A stretch of 64,000 nucleotides of DNA, from the NCBI GenBank assembly GCA_965603825.1, contig CBFDEM010000020.1:62001-126000 (forward strand). Reading direction: 5' to 3'. The notes under the pieces are model-generated. The model ran no database searches and had not been told where the DNA came from. It saw only the letters and a program-made list of their open reading frames with translations. A program made the translations under genes and the position numbers. Origin of the DNA: Blepharisma stoltei ATCC 30299 (taxonomy: Eukaryota; Protista; Ciliophora). Shown in pieces: positions 1 to 12,866 of this stretch. Every line of letters starts with the position of its first letter. Position 1 is the first letter of the stretch.

Positions 1-1
1 A

Positions 2-1618
2 AGAAAAATCAAAGCTGAGCTGAATTTGTCACAAAATATTAAAGATGATTTAGAGATAAGATACAAAGAATTGCTAGACAAAAATAGTTACCTAGAAAAA
101 ATAGCCCAAGATAAAGACACTTCAATGAAAAAATATATTGACTTAGAAAAAAGTCAACATTTAGACAGAAGTCAAGGATTTGATGAAGAAGTAACTAGGC
201 TAGAAGAAAGCGTCGAAAAGCAAAAAGACGAAATTGCTTATTTAAAACAGACGATATATTCACTAGAAAAAGATAAAAAAGAAGCAGCCATAACAATGCA
301 AAAATTAATCGAAAAAAATCAATTTGAAATATTAGGACTAAAAGATTCATATAGAGAGCAGCTGCATTCAGCATCAGAAAATATCGAAACTTTAAAAATC
401 CAGCTTAAACAGTCAGAAAAACAGGTAATTTCTGTTAAAAATGATCTAGCTAAAAGCCAAGAAAATGAACGAAATTTTAAAGCTGAAATTGAAGATTTTC
501 ATGAGGATTTACAAAAAAGCATAGCAAGAATAAAAGAATTTGAAATAAATGAAAACCATTTAACTGAAGAAAACGAAAGACTCAGCCAGTCACTAATTAA
601 ATCAAAGATTAAGCAACAAAAATTAAATAACAAATGGAAAAGATTTATTTATAAATTAAAAGAAAGATATATCCAAGAAATAATGGCAATGCAAAAAGAA
701 ACATTTGATAATTTGGCTGAATTTAAAAAATATTTCAATTCCACAATTTCTGAATTAGTAAAAGGATTAAATAGCAAAGCAAGTTTTTCAATTGGAAAAT
801 TAATTGAAAAATTGGAGAAATCAGAAAATCGTGCCAATGCTTTGCAGAAAGAATTAAGTGAGATAAATGCATTAAAAGAAGAAAATATAGAAAGAAATAT
901 GCAGGAAAGAAATATGGAGAAAGAAGAATTTAAAGCAAAATTCTCTCAGCTGCTGAGAGAAACTGAAATAAAAGACGAGAAAATAAAATACCTCGAAGTT
1001 TCTATAGAAGACTCTATCTATAAAAATAAGCAGCTAGAAAAAGACAAAAGCGAGCTCAGACTGCTTATCCTTAAAAAAGAAAACGAGCTCTCAGAAACCT
1101 ACAACAACTCTTTATTCGAAAAATCCTATATCGAAAAAAACCTTAGCCAGCAGCAACAAAAAGCAAAATTTTATTTAGAAGAAAAATATAAAGAGACTTT
1201 AAGCAAATTAATAGCCCAAATCCGCAGCCTTGAAGAGTCTACACAAAACCAATTTAATGAATATATCAATGAGATTTCTTTATTAAAAGATGTCCATAAA
1301 GAAGAAATTGAAGAAGTAAAATCAAACGCCTCAGAGCAGATAAAGCAAAATAACTCGCTAATTTTGCAAGCTAAAGGGTCAATTGAATGATATAAGAACC
1401 AATTGTCAATAGTAGAAAGTGACCTGCAGAAGCAAACAAATAAATTTAAAGAGGAAACTGTGAATTATGACAAAGAAATAGCTACAGTGATGCAAGATTT
1501 AAAAAATGAACAGAAAGCGAAAAGAGACCTGAAAGCAGAAACGGGGAAAGAGATAGAGAATTTGGTGAGAGAAAATAGGCAGCTAAAGCTAGAGCTAGAA
1601 AGAGTTAAAATAAACTAA
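2..1618 (+). CDS. Long coiled-coil protein, 5' partial
   Basis: ORFs 26..1390 and 1403..1618 share a frame and are joined by TGA (1388-1390) read as Trp. The protein is E/K/L-rich with heptad character and ends at TAA. Confidence 0.8.
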
Positions 1619-1713
1619 ATTAATTTATTAATAGCTGCTCTATTTTCGAAATATGGTATTTTTAACCAGATTTTATCGTATTTGTATTAAATCTGATGTC
1701 AGATAAAATTTAT

Positions 1714-1983
1714 TTATTCATGCTTAAAAAGCCAAATTGCTATCTGGCCAAAGTAAAAGTAAATGAAGTGGCTTAAATCATTAGGCAGATAGATTGAGAA
1801 ATTTCTCCCCACAATGCAGTGCCAGTTCGGTTTATATTTATTTTCTAAATTTTGCTTTATATAATTTGCTATTTCTCTTTCAGTATTGAATAACTCGACT
1901 GCTTGACTTGTGTAAAAGACTGCATCTTGCTGTTCTTCTTCAGTCATATCTGTAGTTTTTATGAATGCTCTTCTTACTACCAT
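1714..1983 (-). CDS. Dynein light chain LC8/DLC1 family protein (divergent paralog)
   Basis: 89 aa with IKxxDM..QQDAV, EREIANYIK and the NWHCIVGRNF...HFIYFY signature. Confidence 0.92.
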   Translation of the reverse strand: MVVRRAFIKTTDMTEEEQQDAVFYTSQAVELFNTEREIANYIKQNLENKYKPNWHCIVGRNFSIYLPNDLSHFIYFYFGQIAIWLFKHE

Positions 1984-2275
1984 TTTATTACAGCTTGAGC
2001 TTTAATAACTTAATATTTTACTTCATATTTAAATATAGCCATTTTTTTAATCGAATAAATGTTTCTTCCTCTATCGGTCACTATGTGCCATTTAATATTA
2101 TGAAATTTACTAATTTTTCACAAAACAGCAAGAAATACAATAAAGAAAAATGCCTTAGAATATATCCACTTTGGCCAGTAAAGAAAAGTCCTATATAATC
2201 CAAATTAATGTATAAATTATTTTTTTTCTCCAATCATTAGACACTAATTATTCATTTTAGCATTACCCACTATTT

Positions 2276-5200
2276 TTACATCCACGGCATCCACCCATAA
2301 AACATCACTCTCAAATTTTCTGTATCCGTCGCTTCCTTTATCAAGCTTTTCACCTGCTGCAGCGTCGACGTATAATACATCTCACTATTCACCTGCTTTT
2401 TCCTATCAAGCCTCGCTTCCACAATTTTCAGCGTATTACTGACACTTTCATCATTTCTACTAATTTCTGGATTTTTAATTGGACAATTCAAAGGGTCGGA
2501 AATAAAGCTTTCAAATTGGCTTAAAAGGACTGCTTTATTATTTTGGAAACATTTAAGCACTATTTCACAAGTATAGGTAAACTCTCCGTCCTCAAAAAAC
2601 AGCCCCATTGCATCTTGCAGTTCAGGGGTTAATCTAAAAGGCACTACTTCTGGCTTTGGAAGCAGGGTTCCCATATTAAAAATGCACTCAAAATCAATCA
2701 GCATAAGCTCACCAGTGTCGTTGAACATTAAAATATTGTCACAATGTCTGTCCCCAAGACCTATAATATATCCAAACATAGACCATGATGCAAGAGATCG
2801 TGTGAATTTTAGCCTTGCATTAAGCCAATTATTGTGATGAGGAAATTTATCGTAAAAATACTGATGCAGACAGGGTCGTATAGTTCTCTGTAGTATTTCT
2901 CAAAGGTCTGGGTTATATGTGTCTTTAGAAGGATGCAGTTTTTGGGCACTTGCGACGTCTAGTTTAATACCATTTTTTAGCCACTGTTGGGTAATAATAC
3001 TTTTAAGCGTTGCTGTGTTTTCGACCCATTCCACAATGCCGCAGTCAGAGCCTATAGGAATTAGGCTATAGCTTGGAAACCGTATGCCTAGTCTTTTTGC
3101 TTTTGGGTCTTTTTCTAGAATTCTATTAGCAGTTTCTATAATTGAGGCAACCCGAGACTCTTTTCGCATATCAGAGCTTCTTTCATATTTGCATAAAAAA
3201 TACCGTCGGACTCCATCGCTCCCAATCATTGATATTTTTTTGGGTTTTGCTTTGGAAGGCATGATTGTGATTTCTTCTGATACTCTTTCAATGCACACTG
3301 GAGTCAAAGTAAACCCTGGAAACTCATTTCCTAGGCAAAATAAGGTTTTTGGGTATTTTTTTACTAAAAAATTTTCTTGTATTGGCATCGCTAAAGAGAC
3401 ATTTTTTAAATTTTGCATTTTTTTAGAAATTCCAGCTTTTTTGTGGTCAGCTTTAGCAAGGGTAACAAATTCCTTCATTAGGCTCTTATTAGCTTCTAAG
3501 CTGTCTAGTAATTTTCTCCCACAAATTTTTTCATATTGTGATAATAAATGGTTAAAAAATCCATCTCTGTCATATTTTTTATCAGCAAGCCCAAAAATAA
3601 GCCACGACATCTGTTGAGGATGTTGAATCAATAGTCTCAAAATGATTGAATTAACGACCTCTCTACAAGACGCTTTTGGATGCTCAATTTCTGCTAAAAT
3701 TTGATGGACACAGTCAGCCCAAATAAAAATAGGAAATTCTTCAGCCGCCTGTCCCATAATATCATTTAATTTGTCTATAAGCTCATTTTCACTGAGGAGC
3801 CTATTTAATGCAAAATATAATGACAAAGCTCTTGTCATTGATGAATGGTATCGAGCATGGCCATAATATAAAGATTTTGCATAAAAAATAGCTGCCAAAG
3901 CTGCTGATTCTGCATTTTCTTCTGAAACTTTAAAATTCACTAGATTATTGTCTATAAATGAAGCTATTTCATTGAATCCTTTTTCAATATAAAGTCTAAC
4001 AATTTCAAAATTTTGGTCATTATCAGCATCAAAATACTTTTCAATGTATTTTTCTGCATTATGACTCAAATTTAAGCCACTTCTGCATTTTACCCTGATA
4101 ACAAGCAACGCATATTTATATTTTAAACAAATATTCGGAATATTTGCATTTTTCGGGTCTTTTTCTTTATTTGGCTCGATCGCTTTCATTTCAGCTTTAA
4201 GTTCTTTAGAAAATAAAAATTCTCTTTCAGATAAATAATCGACCTTATATTTATAATAATTCAATAAATGTCCGTTCAGTTTTGGATAAATAGAAAAAAT
4301 TTCTTTTAAAAAATTTCTGCAATATTCGTATTTGTACTCCAATATGCCCACCTTTAATATTTTTCTAATGGAGTCTAAGCAAGCACTAATACAGTTATCC
4401 CTATTAGAAGAAATAACTAAGGTTACTCTTTCTACTAGTTCGACGTATTCGAACTTCTGCTCAATATGAGAATTCCTCTCACATACTGTTGGATAATATT
4501 CCAAATTATTTTTATTTGTAAGCAAAATAATATTTTCAATTATATGCTGGAATAAGGCGTGGTCATAAGCTTGTGCATAAGATGCAGATCTTGTTGAACT
4601 CTGGGCGATTCATATTTTTCGTGCTTTATTAATAGCAAGCTCAACTGACTGATTATTTAATAGTGCAAATAATATATTTCCAATTAAACTTTCAATATGG
4701 CAAATAGAGTAGCACTCTCTAGGCTTCCCAAGTCTTCAAGCTGCTCCAAATACAAGAGGGTTTATACTAAAAGAAAAATTTCAGGAATTTAAAATAAAAT
4801 AATTTCCAGAAGAAAAAATATTTTGAATATTTTTATCGTCATCTTGAGAAATCGAATAAAGTTCAAGAACTTCAGGAATTGCATTAATATACCGATTTTT
4901 AGCAAGCTCAACATAAATTGTTCTGCATCATTCTACTTCTTCTTTAGTCAATAATCTTGGGCTATATCTCTTTTTCGTAGAAGAAATTCTTGATCTAATA
5001 GATAGTTCCAAAATATTCCAAGCTTTTGGAAATTCCTGTAAGTCAATTAATAAATTCATTTTCAGTGGAAAATTCAATAAGGAATATATCGGCATTTCAG
5101 TTTTTTCTAAAATCCGCAGCATCAGTCTTTTATGCCCTGCATTAGTATTTTGCAGAAAATCAGTAACATACCTTAAAAAATAATCCTGTTTACTTTTAAA

Positions 5201-8200
5201 TAGCGCCAAAGCATGAGGCAAAATATCAGCCACCACTTCAAGACTGATATCAATAAGATTTAAAATTGGAAAAAATTCTTCATTATCGCTTGAGTGAATA
5301 AGCCACTGAGACCATTCCCTTAAGCTCTTCATATCATTGAAGCATGGCTCATTTGTGAGCGAGGAGTATTCTTTCATAAACATCCCATCCAAAACTTCCA
5401 ATACGATTTCTTCATTTTCAGTCATATTGTCTTTTAGCCTAAGTTCTCCATAATAAATTCTCTCTGATGAACAATAAATTTGTGAGACTTGCTCCATTAT
5501 ATTTTTTATTGTTTTTATATTGAATTTTGTAGGTTTTTCTATTACAAAATTTTCACTAATTCCTATTAGATTTCCATTGGCAATGGCTCCGATTTTTCCA
5601 GTCATTTCGTCAATAAGCTGGCCTAGTGGTATTGGGAGCTCTTGGATGTTATCTCTGGAGCTTTGGAGAGAAGTCGCTTTATTTAAAGCTAAAGCGACAT
5701 AGCTTTTAAAGTTAAAACTGCATTTATTAATAGCTTCTTCAATTATAGATAGCCCTGCATACTGGAGTATAGGAAAATTTGATTTAATTGCATTTGCTAG
5801 AGAAAAATAAAGCTCACACTCAATATTTGCTTTATTTTTTATTTTGTTCCAGAGAGCTTCCACGCAAGTAAAGTTTGTTGAAAAAAGCATAGGCAGACAT
5901 ATAAAAATAAGCGAAGATGGATCATCTATATCTCTGATTGAAATTTTGTTTAAAACTGTTGATAGAATTTTTTCTGCTTTTGGAGATATTTTTCGAAAAG
6001 AAAAAGCTAATGAAATGATAGCGATGCAGTGGTCTTTTACAATATTCCAGCATGGCTTATTAATAATTCTTTCAAGAATTTCTAATACTGCTTTTGGTTC
6101 TAATATCATCAATGCTGAGCAGATACTTATGATTTTATGAACAAGATATGGTAAGCAGTCTTTGCCATCTAGCAATGCTAAACAAATTTTGGCGATTCCG
6201 ATAAGTACATTAATTTTAAAAACGTCAGAAGGAAGCACAAACTCTTCAATTTTCCCCGCAAGAGGCAAAAAATCTTCCCAGCTGAACTGCTGCAAGTTTT
6301 TGGGCTGCTGTGAAAGTCTTTCTTCATTATTTCTAAACAGTGATTTAATTACACAAAAACTGTCAAAAAAATCCTGAATCGAGCTTTCATCCAAAGAAAC
6401 CTCTGTAGACAAGCCAAAATTTTTATTCATCATCCATTTGGTAGAATTTACATCACTCATCCCGAATTTATTTAATAACAAATATGAAGTCCCTTCAAAA
6501 ATGTGGCCAATTTCTTCAGGATTAAACAAGTTTCCAATAGTGAGTGCAGAATCACTATTTCCAGTCATAAATAATGATGCTGCCTTTTCAAGTCTAAACA
6601 TAAGGCTAGGGTCTTTTTTTCATGCTATTTCGACAAGTATATTTGAATATAATAAAGTCACATTAGTTTGCGTTTCCTTTGAAATATAGCCTATAATTTC
6701 GTATATTTTTAAATGGTCGGCATTTTCACTTACAAAAGCGACTGATTGAAATTTCATCATAATTTTTGATGAAAATTCTTGAGGATTTATTTTAAAAATT
6801 TTTAATAGAAAACCAAAAAATCCATTGCATTCTAAAGTCTTTAAGCATCATTGGAAAATATACTCTTGAGGTAAAAAGTCTAAGGCTGTTAATAAATCTA
6901 TATTTAACTTTGTAAAAAGATAGGAAAGGGACTTTAGGGAGTTTTTTGCTAGTTTTTTAGCTGGACAAGGATTAAATAGAATTTCAATAAGTTCTAAAAT
7001 GTATTTGAAGGTTTTAAGGGATTCGTTATCTATGAGCTTTATTATTGTAGAAGCAGCTTTTCTTGATAAAGTATTGGATTCTATGGATTGAATAAGCTCA
7101 TTCATTATGTCTTGGGTAACTTTTGAGCATTGCTTTATACCTCCAATAGACAGCCAGTCAATTGGGAATATGTTTAGTTTAAGAGAAAGAGGCAAAGAAA
7201 CCAATTTTTTTAATGATTGTTCTGAAAAGCGAAGGCCAAACCATTTATTTGCATATTTCCTATAACATAGCAGAAGCTGAATCTCTGTGCTCTTAATAAT
7301 ATCATTACAGGAATAATTTTCATAAAAATTTGCCAATTTCTCTATCGTTCTACTATAAAAATTTTCTATGCCAATATCAGATTTAGACGATCTAGAAACA
7401 ATATTTCTTCTATCCTGACTATCAGCAATTAAAATCCTATCTGAATAAATAAAATTCGGGTTACAACCCCCGCAATTATTGCAAATTTCATTATTAATTT
7501 CGCTTTCACAATTAATACAAGTTCATGTATTAATTTCTAGAAAATTAATTTGTCATTGATTATCAACGGACTCGCTAAATAAATCGAGAAAAGGCAAAGA
7601 AAAAAGCACTGATTTAACAAAGTTTTTTATATTTTTTTTCGAAAAATTACAATTTCATTCAGCTCTATTCATAACCTCAGATATATAGTTTTTTAAATCA
7701 GGAATATGGTCTGGGTAGCTAAATGCTTCTATTGGGAGTATAGAGTTTAGAAGGAAAAGCTGTTTTCAGTCACTATTAGGATTAAAAAACTCAATTAGAC
7801 TAGGGATGAAAGAATAGTCAGATCCTTTGTATCATGGCAGCACTTTAAAGTGGTCTAAAGGATCAGAAACAGAATAAGTTTTCCCACAATAGGCACGAAA
7901 TTTAGCAACTTCTAGTTTTAAATAGGAATTTTGGTTTGGCGTTTCAATTCCATCAATCAGTTCTTTTATATAAATATTATTAGATAGACCATACCAAAAT
8001 AATAAATCATAATAAGAAGTATTTTCAATCGTAATTTGTAGATGCTTACATAGCTCATTCAATATTGAGCTATCCTCATTATAGCATTTCAATGGCCGTC
8101 TTAAATCCAATTCATATGTTCTCAAAGGTATTTTTTGCCCATTATCTGATTTTATTGCTTTGCTTGTATTTTGTGATACTTGAATTCTATTCATAATGAT

Positions 8201-9226
8201 TTCTATAGTTTCATCAAAATTATTTAAACTTTTTTTTGCTAATAATAAATAAAATCAAATAAATTCAGGATAATTCGCAATCATCTGTGGCAAAGAAAAG
8301 AGCTTTATTTTTGTTGGCTCAGATAGTAAAGCTGTACAGCATGCATTCACTAATGGTTTTAACGGAAAAGTTTGGCTTGATTTTATATTTCTGCCTCTAA
8401 AATTCCATTTAGCCAATGCAATTTGTGTGAAATTAATTATAATTTCTTTATCAATAAATTTCAAAATATTTGGATCATTTTCGATTGCTTTGTCGAAATA
8501 TTCATTTTCTAATAGAGAAGTAATCCCTATGCTATTATCAGAATGCAGCCGCGTTAAAGCTTTAATACAGCTAAAAGCTATCCCTTTGCAGCCAATAGAA
8601 TTCCTAAGCACGTCAATTATTTGTGATTTAAAATTTTCTAGGATAGGACTTTGAATATTTTTTACAATTTTTCCTTCATATAAAGCTGCTATAGTTTGGA
8701 TGAGAAAATTCGCCTTGATAAAGGCTTCTTCTCCTCTGTATTCATATATAAGATCTTTAGGAAATTGGATTTCTTTATGTTGGCAATTAAGTGTGGTGCA
8801 GCATGGGAATTTTTTGCAGTTATCTTTATAGCATTCTTCATGAATTCTGAGCTTGCTGAATTTAAAACTGATATTTTCAGCTTTCGCAGCTAGCGATTTA
8901 ATAATCCTTAAAGTGTCTTGCAGAAAATGGAACTGAAGCTGATCTGAAAAAGTATCATTAATAAAAATAGCTAAGACACTTTCAAAAGGCTTGCTCTGAT
9001 ATTGGGGTTTTGACAGCAATTCTAATAAAAAATACATAAGATCTCGCCAGCATGAGCCTGTATATTTTCCTTTAATAGTAAATGCTTCAAATGAATGATA
9101 TAGTCTTTCAAATTCCTGAATCGAAGCGTCGTCTGATCATTTAATATCAATTATAAGATCCATAAGAGTGGAATCACAGCTAAGATGGGTGCAATCTTCA
9201 AGCTTGTCAACAAGATTATCTGACAT
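2276..9226 (-). CDS. ATR: ATR-like PIKK Ser/Thr kinase (HEAT-FAT-kinase-FATC), about 2316 aa
   Basis: Six ORF-track fragments lie in one frame and are linked only by TGA; I read the gaps and found no TAA/TAG. Motifs: MPSKAKPKKI, DMRKESR, GLGDRHCDNIL, IDFECIFNMG, PEVVPFRLT, and the FATC end MFYGWMPWM*. Confidence 0.9.
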
Positions 9227-9322
9227 ACCGCCAATATTTTACTTATATTTTATACATAATTTTAATAAAAATGTAAAATCTTGCTTTAAAACAGTAAGCA
9301 TGTATGTAATAAGTAACTAAAA

Positions 9323-10525
9323 TTAAGAAGAACTTTGCATTTTTTGTAATAATAAACAGTCCATAATTACCATTGCAGCCATAGATTCTACGATAGGAGT
9401 AGCTCTGGGCAAAACGCAAGAGTCATGTCTTCCTTTTGCTTCCAGAACTTCTAAATCTCCATCTCACTTAGCAGTTAATTGAGGCTTCTTTATAGTCGAT
9501 ACTGGTTTAAAAGCGACCCTAAAATCTATTGTGGCACCTGAGGAAATTCCTCCTAAGACTCCCCCAGCATGATTTGTCATAGGAAATAAGCCTTTTTCAG
9601 AGTTTAAAAAGCAATCATTATGTTGTGAGCCTAGCATATGAGTCCCTTCAAATCCTGAGCCTATCTCAAAACCTTTTGTCGAAGGAATTGAAAGCATTGC
9701 GTGAGCTAATAATGCTTGAAGCTTATCAAAACAAGGCTCTCCTAGCCCTGATGGAACATTATAACATTTACATCTGATTATCCCTCCTAACGAATCCCCG
9801 TCAATTTTAGTGTCACGGATTTTTTTGGCAATTCTTAAAGCAGCATCAGGATTTGGACATCGGGTATTGACAATTTCTCTTTGCCCTTCAATTTCAGCGT
9901 TAATTATATTGCCATCCTTATCAATTGAGACTCCTTCACAATTTTTGTAAAATCAGTCTCCATTTTCGGTTGTGGTTATTTCTATAGAGCCAAGTCTATC
10001 TATTTCTTCTCGGTCGGTCCATATGAGATCTTCAGGTAATTTTATGTTCTCTACAGACTCTACTCATGAAATTATTAAAATTCCGTGTTTTTCTTCTAAA
10101 TAATTTATAGCCAAGGCACCAGCTGCAACTCGGGCTGCAGTTTCTCTAGCTGAAGCCCTCCCACCTCCACTTTCTGCATTGCATCCGTATTTCATTCTAT
10201 ATGAAAAATCAGCATGTCCTGGTCTAGGAAATGCAGAAAGTTGTGAATAATCAGAAGATCTGGTGTCAGAATTAGCAATGCTTATACAAATAGGTGTGCC
10301 AAGAGTTATATTATTCTGTATACCTGAGAGGATAACAGCAGTGTCTGATTCAGATCTTTCTGTAGTTAATGAGCTTTGGCCTGGCCTGCGCCTAGAAAGA
10401 TGATATTGAATTTGCTGTTGTGTTATTTCAAAACCTGAAGGCATTCCTTCTATAATGCAGCCTACTGCTTTTCCATGGCTTTCTCCATATGTTGTCACAC
10501 GATAAACTCTTCCAAAGCTGCTCAT
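9323..10525 (-). CDS. aroC: Chorismate synthase, about 400 aa
   Basis: [75 protein letters not shown]. One frame with TGA=Trp. Confidence 0.96.
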
Positions 10526-10667
10526 ATTGTTTTTTATTAATAAAATGCTGAAATGTTTATTTTATATTTAAGCCTTGCATTATCATTGATATATTTTAAT
10601 AAATCAATAATTTATTAAAAAGATACCTTAGTGCTTAATAATATAAAACCAATTTTACTACATAAAT

Positions 10668-12080
10668 ATGTACCGCTCTCCTAAAGATTTAAACTATAAT
10701 TTTGAAGATTCAGATTCAGATGCAATTGCTCGGATTGACGATACCCTTGCGCGCAGTCGAAAAGTGGTACAAGATTCTATCGAGCTGACCAAAAAAAGTG
10801 CTGAACGAAAAGCTGAGCTCGAAAAAAAGCTCCAAAAATCATTTGAATCTTTTCAAGAGGAAGAAGACTCCCAGCAAACTTCATTTTCTTCAAAACTAGA
10901 CAAAAAGCCACCAATTTATTCATCTTTGCGGTCAAGTTCGCCTCATTATGAAATCTTACCTTTGCAAGAGGCTTTAACACCTTCGATTGGCAATTCAAAA
11001 ATCCTCGATTCCAGGTTTCTTCAAAGTGACCAAATCAAAGACCTACAAGAGCGGCTGCAGAATGAAGAACAAATGAAGAAAAACTATGAAAAGGCCCTTA
11101 GAGAAACCAGAGTTTGCTTACAGGAATATGAAAAGCGGGATCTTGATAAGGAAAACCAAATCCAAGAGTTGAAAAATTTGATTAACCAGACGTTGGAAAA
11201 GGATGAGTTTAAAGAATTTACCAATGATTTTGAATTTGGGACAAATAAAGAAAACGAGCTAAATCATGTAAGAAAGCTGTCAACTGACAATGAACTCGCC
11301 AAGCTTAAAAACGAAAACGAGGCTTTAAAGAAAGAAATTGTGGAGCTTAAAAACGAATTTGAAGAAGAAAAGGGAAAATTGCAAGCAGAAATAGAGATGA
11401 TGAGGCGAGAAAAGAAATCTTTAGAGGTAGATTATCATAATCTCTACAACGTACATTCACACTCTTCTAATGGCTCTTTAGACGTGAATATCATGCAAGA
11501 GCTTCAGTTCGCCAAAGATAAACTTCAGGAGCTGCAAAATGAATACAGCAGAAATTATTCAGAAATCAAGCAAAAATTAGATAAACAAGTAGCTGAAAAC
11601 ATTAAGCTTACTATGAAATCTTCCCCTGACTATATAGACAAGCTCGAAAATAAATACCAAGTGTTAGAAGAGAAATACCAAGACCAAGTCGCTTATAATA
11701 AAGAGCTGCAAAAGCAATTCAATAGAATTGATGATGACAATCGTGTAGCTTTTAAGCAGCCAGATATCAAAGATTTTGAAATCCAAATGAAGAAAAACGC
11801 TGATAAAATTAAAGAGCTTGAAGAGAAAATTAATACCACAAGTAGTAGGTATAAGAAATTGAAAACACATGTCGCCAAAAAATATTCGCTTGAGTCCTTG
11901 TCAAAAGATACACCAAGGCAAACCCCAGCTTTAACAAAAGAGGGAAAGGCTAAAAAGGTGAAAAGCAAAAAATCTCATAAGACGAGGTCAAAAAGTGTGG
12001 AAAAAAATAGAAAATCAAGTGTAAAGTTGATGCAGATAAAATCAGATACCCCAAGAAGGAAATTTACACCTTTAAGATAA
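10668..12080 (+). CDS. Coiled-coil protein with basic C-terminal tail, unknown function
   Basis: Uninterrupted 470-aa ORF from ATG to TAA with coiled-coil composition. Confidence 0.82.
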   Translation: MYRSPKDLNYNFEDSDSDAIARIDDTLARSRKVVQDSIELTKKSAERKAELEKKLQKSFESFQEEEDSQQTSFSSKLDKKPPIYSSLRSSSPHYEILPLQEALTPSIGNSKILDSRFLQSDQIKDLQERLQNEEQMKKNYEKALRETRVCLQEYEKRDLDKENQIQELKNLINQTLEKDEFKEFTNDFEFGTNKENELNHVRKLSTDNELAKLKNENEALKKEIVELKNEFEEEKGKLQAEIEMMRREKKSLEVDYHNLYNVHSHSSNGSLDVNIMQELQFAKDKLQELQNEYSRNYSEIKQKLDKQVAENIKLTMKSSPDYIDKLENKYQVLEEKYQDQVAYNKELQKQFNRIDDDNRVAFKQPDIKDFEIQMKKNADKIKELEEKINTTSSRYKKLKTHVAKKYSLESLSKDTPRQTPALTKEGKAKKVKSKKSHKTRSKSVEKNRKSSVKLMQIKSDTPRRKFTPLR

Positions 12081-12866
12081 ATTAAATGTTTTCTTATTTT
12101 TATGAGTAATTTATAAAAAATGCTTACACCTTTATATAAAGGAAAAACGCCTTTTGGGGTTTCTTAGAGTGCCACCAGAAGATGTCCAGGCCACCAAGTT
12201 GGGAACACTCAACACTTCGTCAATCAGGGTAGAATCATTAAGAATTTTATTTTTTTAGTGGAAGGAGGAAATTGCAATATATAAAAAAGCAAGTAAAATT
12301 ATATAAATTCATCAGAATAAAAGTTTTTATCATTTATCACTTGACAAGAAAATTCATCACCTATAGCTTCCCTCATATTTATTATAAGTCATTAATAATT
12401 GCTATGGTTATACCAATAGGGTTAATAATGCTGAACTAATTTTTGATTATTTTTACAAAATATAAAATCTTTTATGATGCAATTTCTAATTTTCTCACCT
12501 TCTCCAATAGTAGCTTCTTATGAGATTTGGCGATTCTTTTTTTGTAAATTCTTAATCTTTTATATCAAGCAACTTTTAGCTAAACAGCAGAGTTTTCTTC
12601 TTTAGCAAAGTATTTTATTTCTAAAGCGAACCCTATAAACTTTTCCAACTCATCTATCTATTACACGTCTCCATAAATTTCCCGCCAATGTCAATTCTTG
12701 TAGCATAATCCTCAATCTTTTTCATTTCCTCACTTTTCATCTCTCCCACATTAAAATCTCTTAGTCTCAGCCACAATTTTCTGCCTCTTCCCTCCCAATT
12801 TTAATTAAAATCATCCCGTTGACAATTCTTCATTTTATTTATGTCCGCGATAAAGAATTATATCAA

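Noticed and set aside
2276-9226. Treating TGA-split ORF chains (ATR, SWR1, VPS13 and others) as pseudogenes or separate genes
   Set aside because: All pieces are in frame, linked only by TGA, and the TGAs fall at conserved Trp sites.
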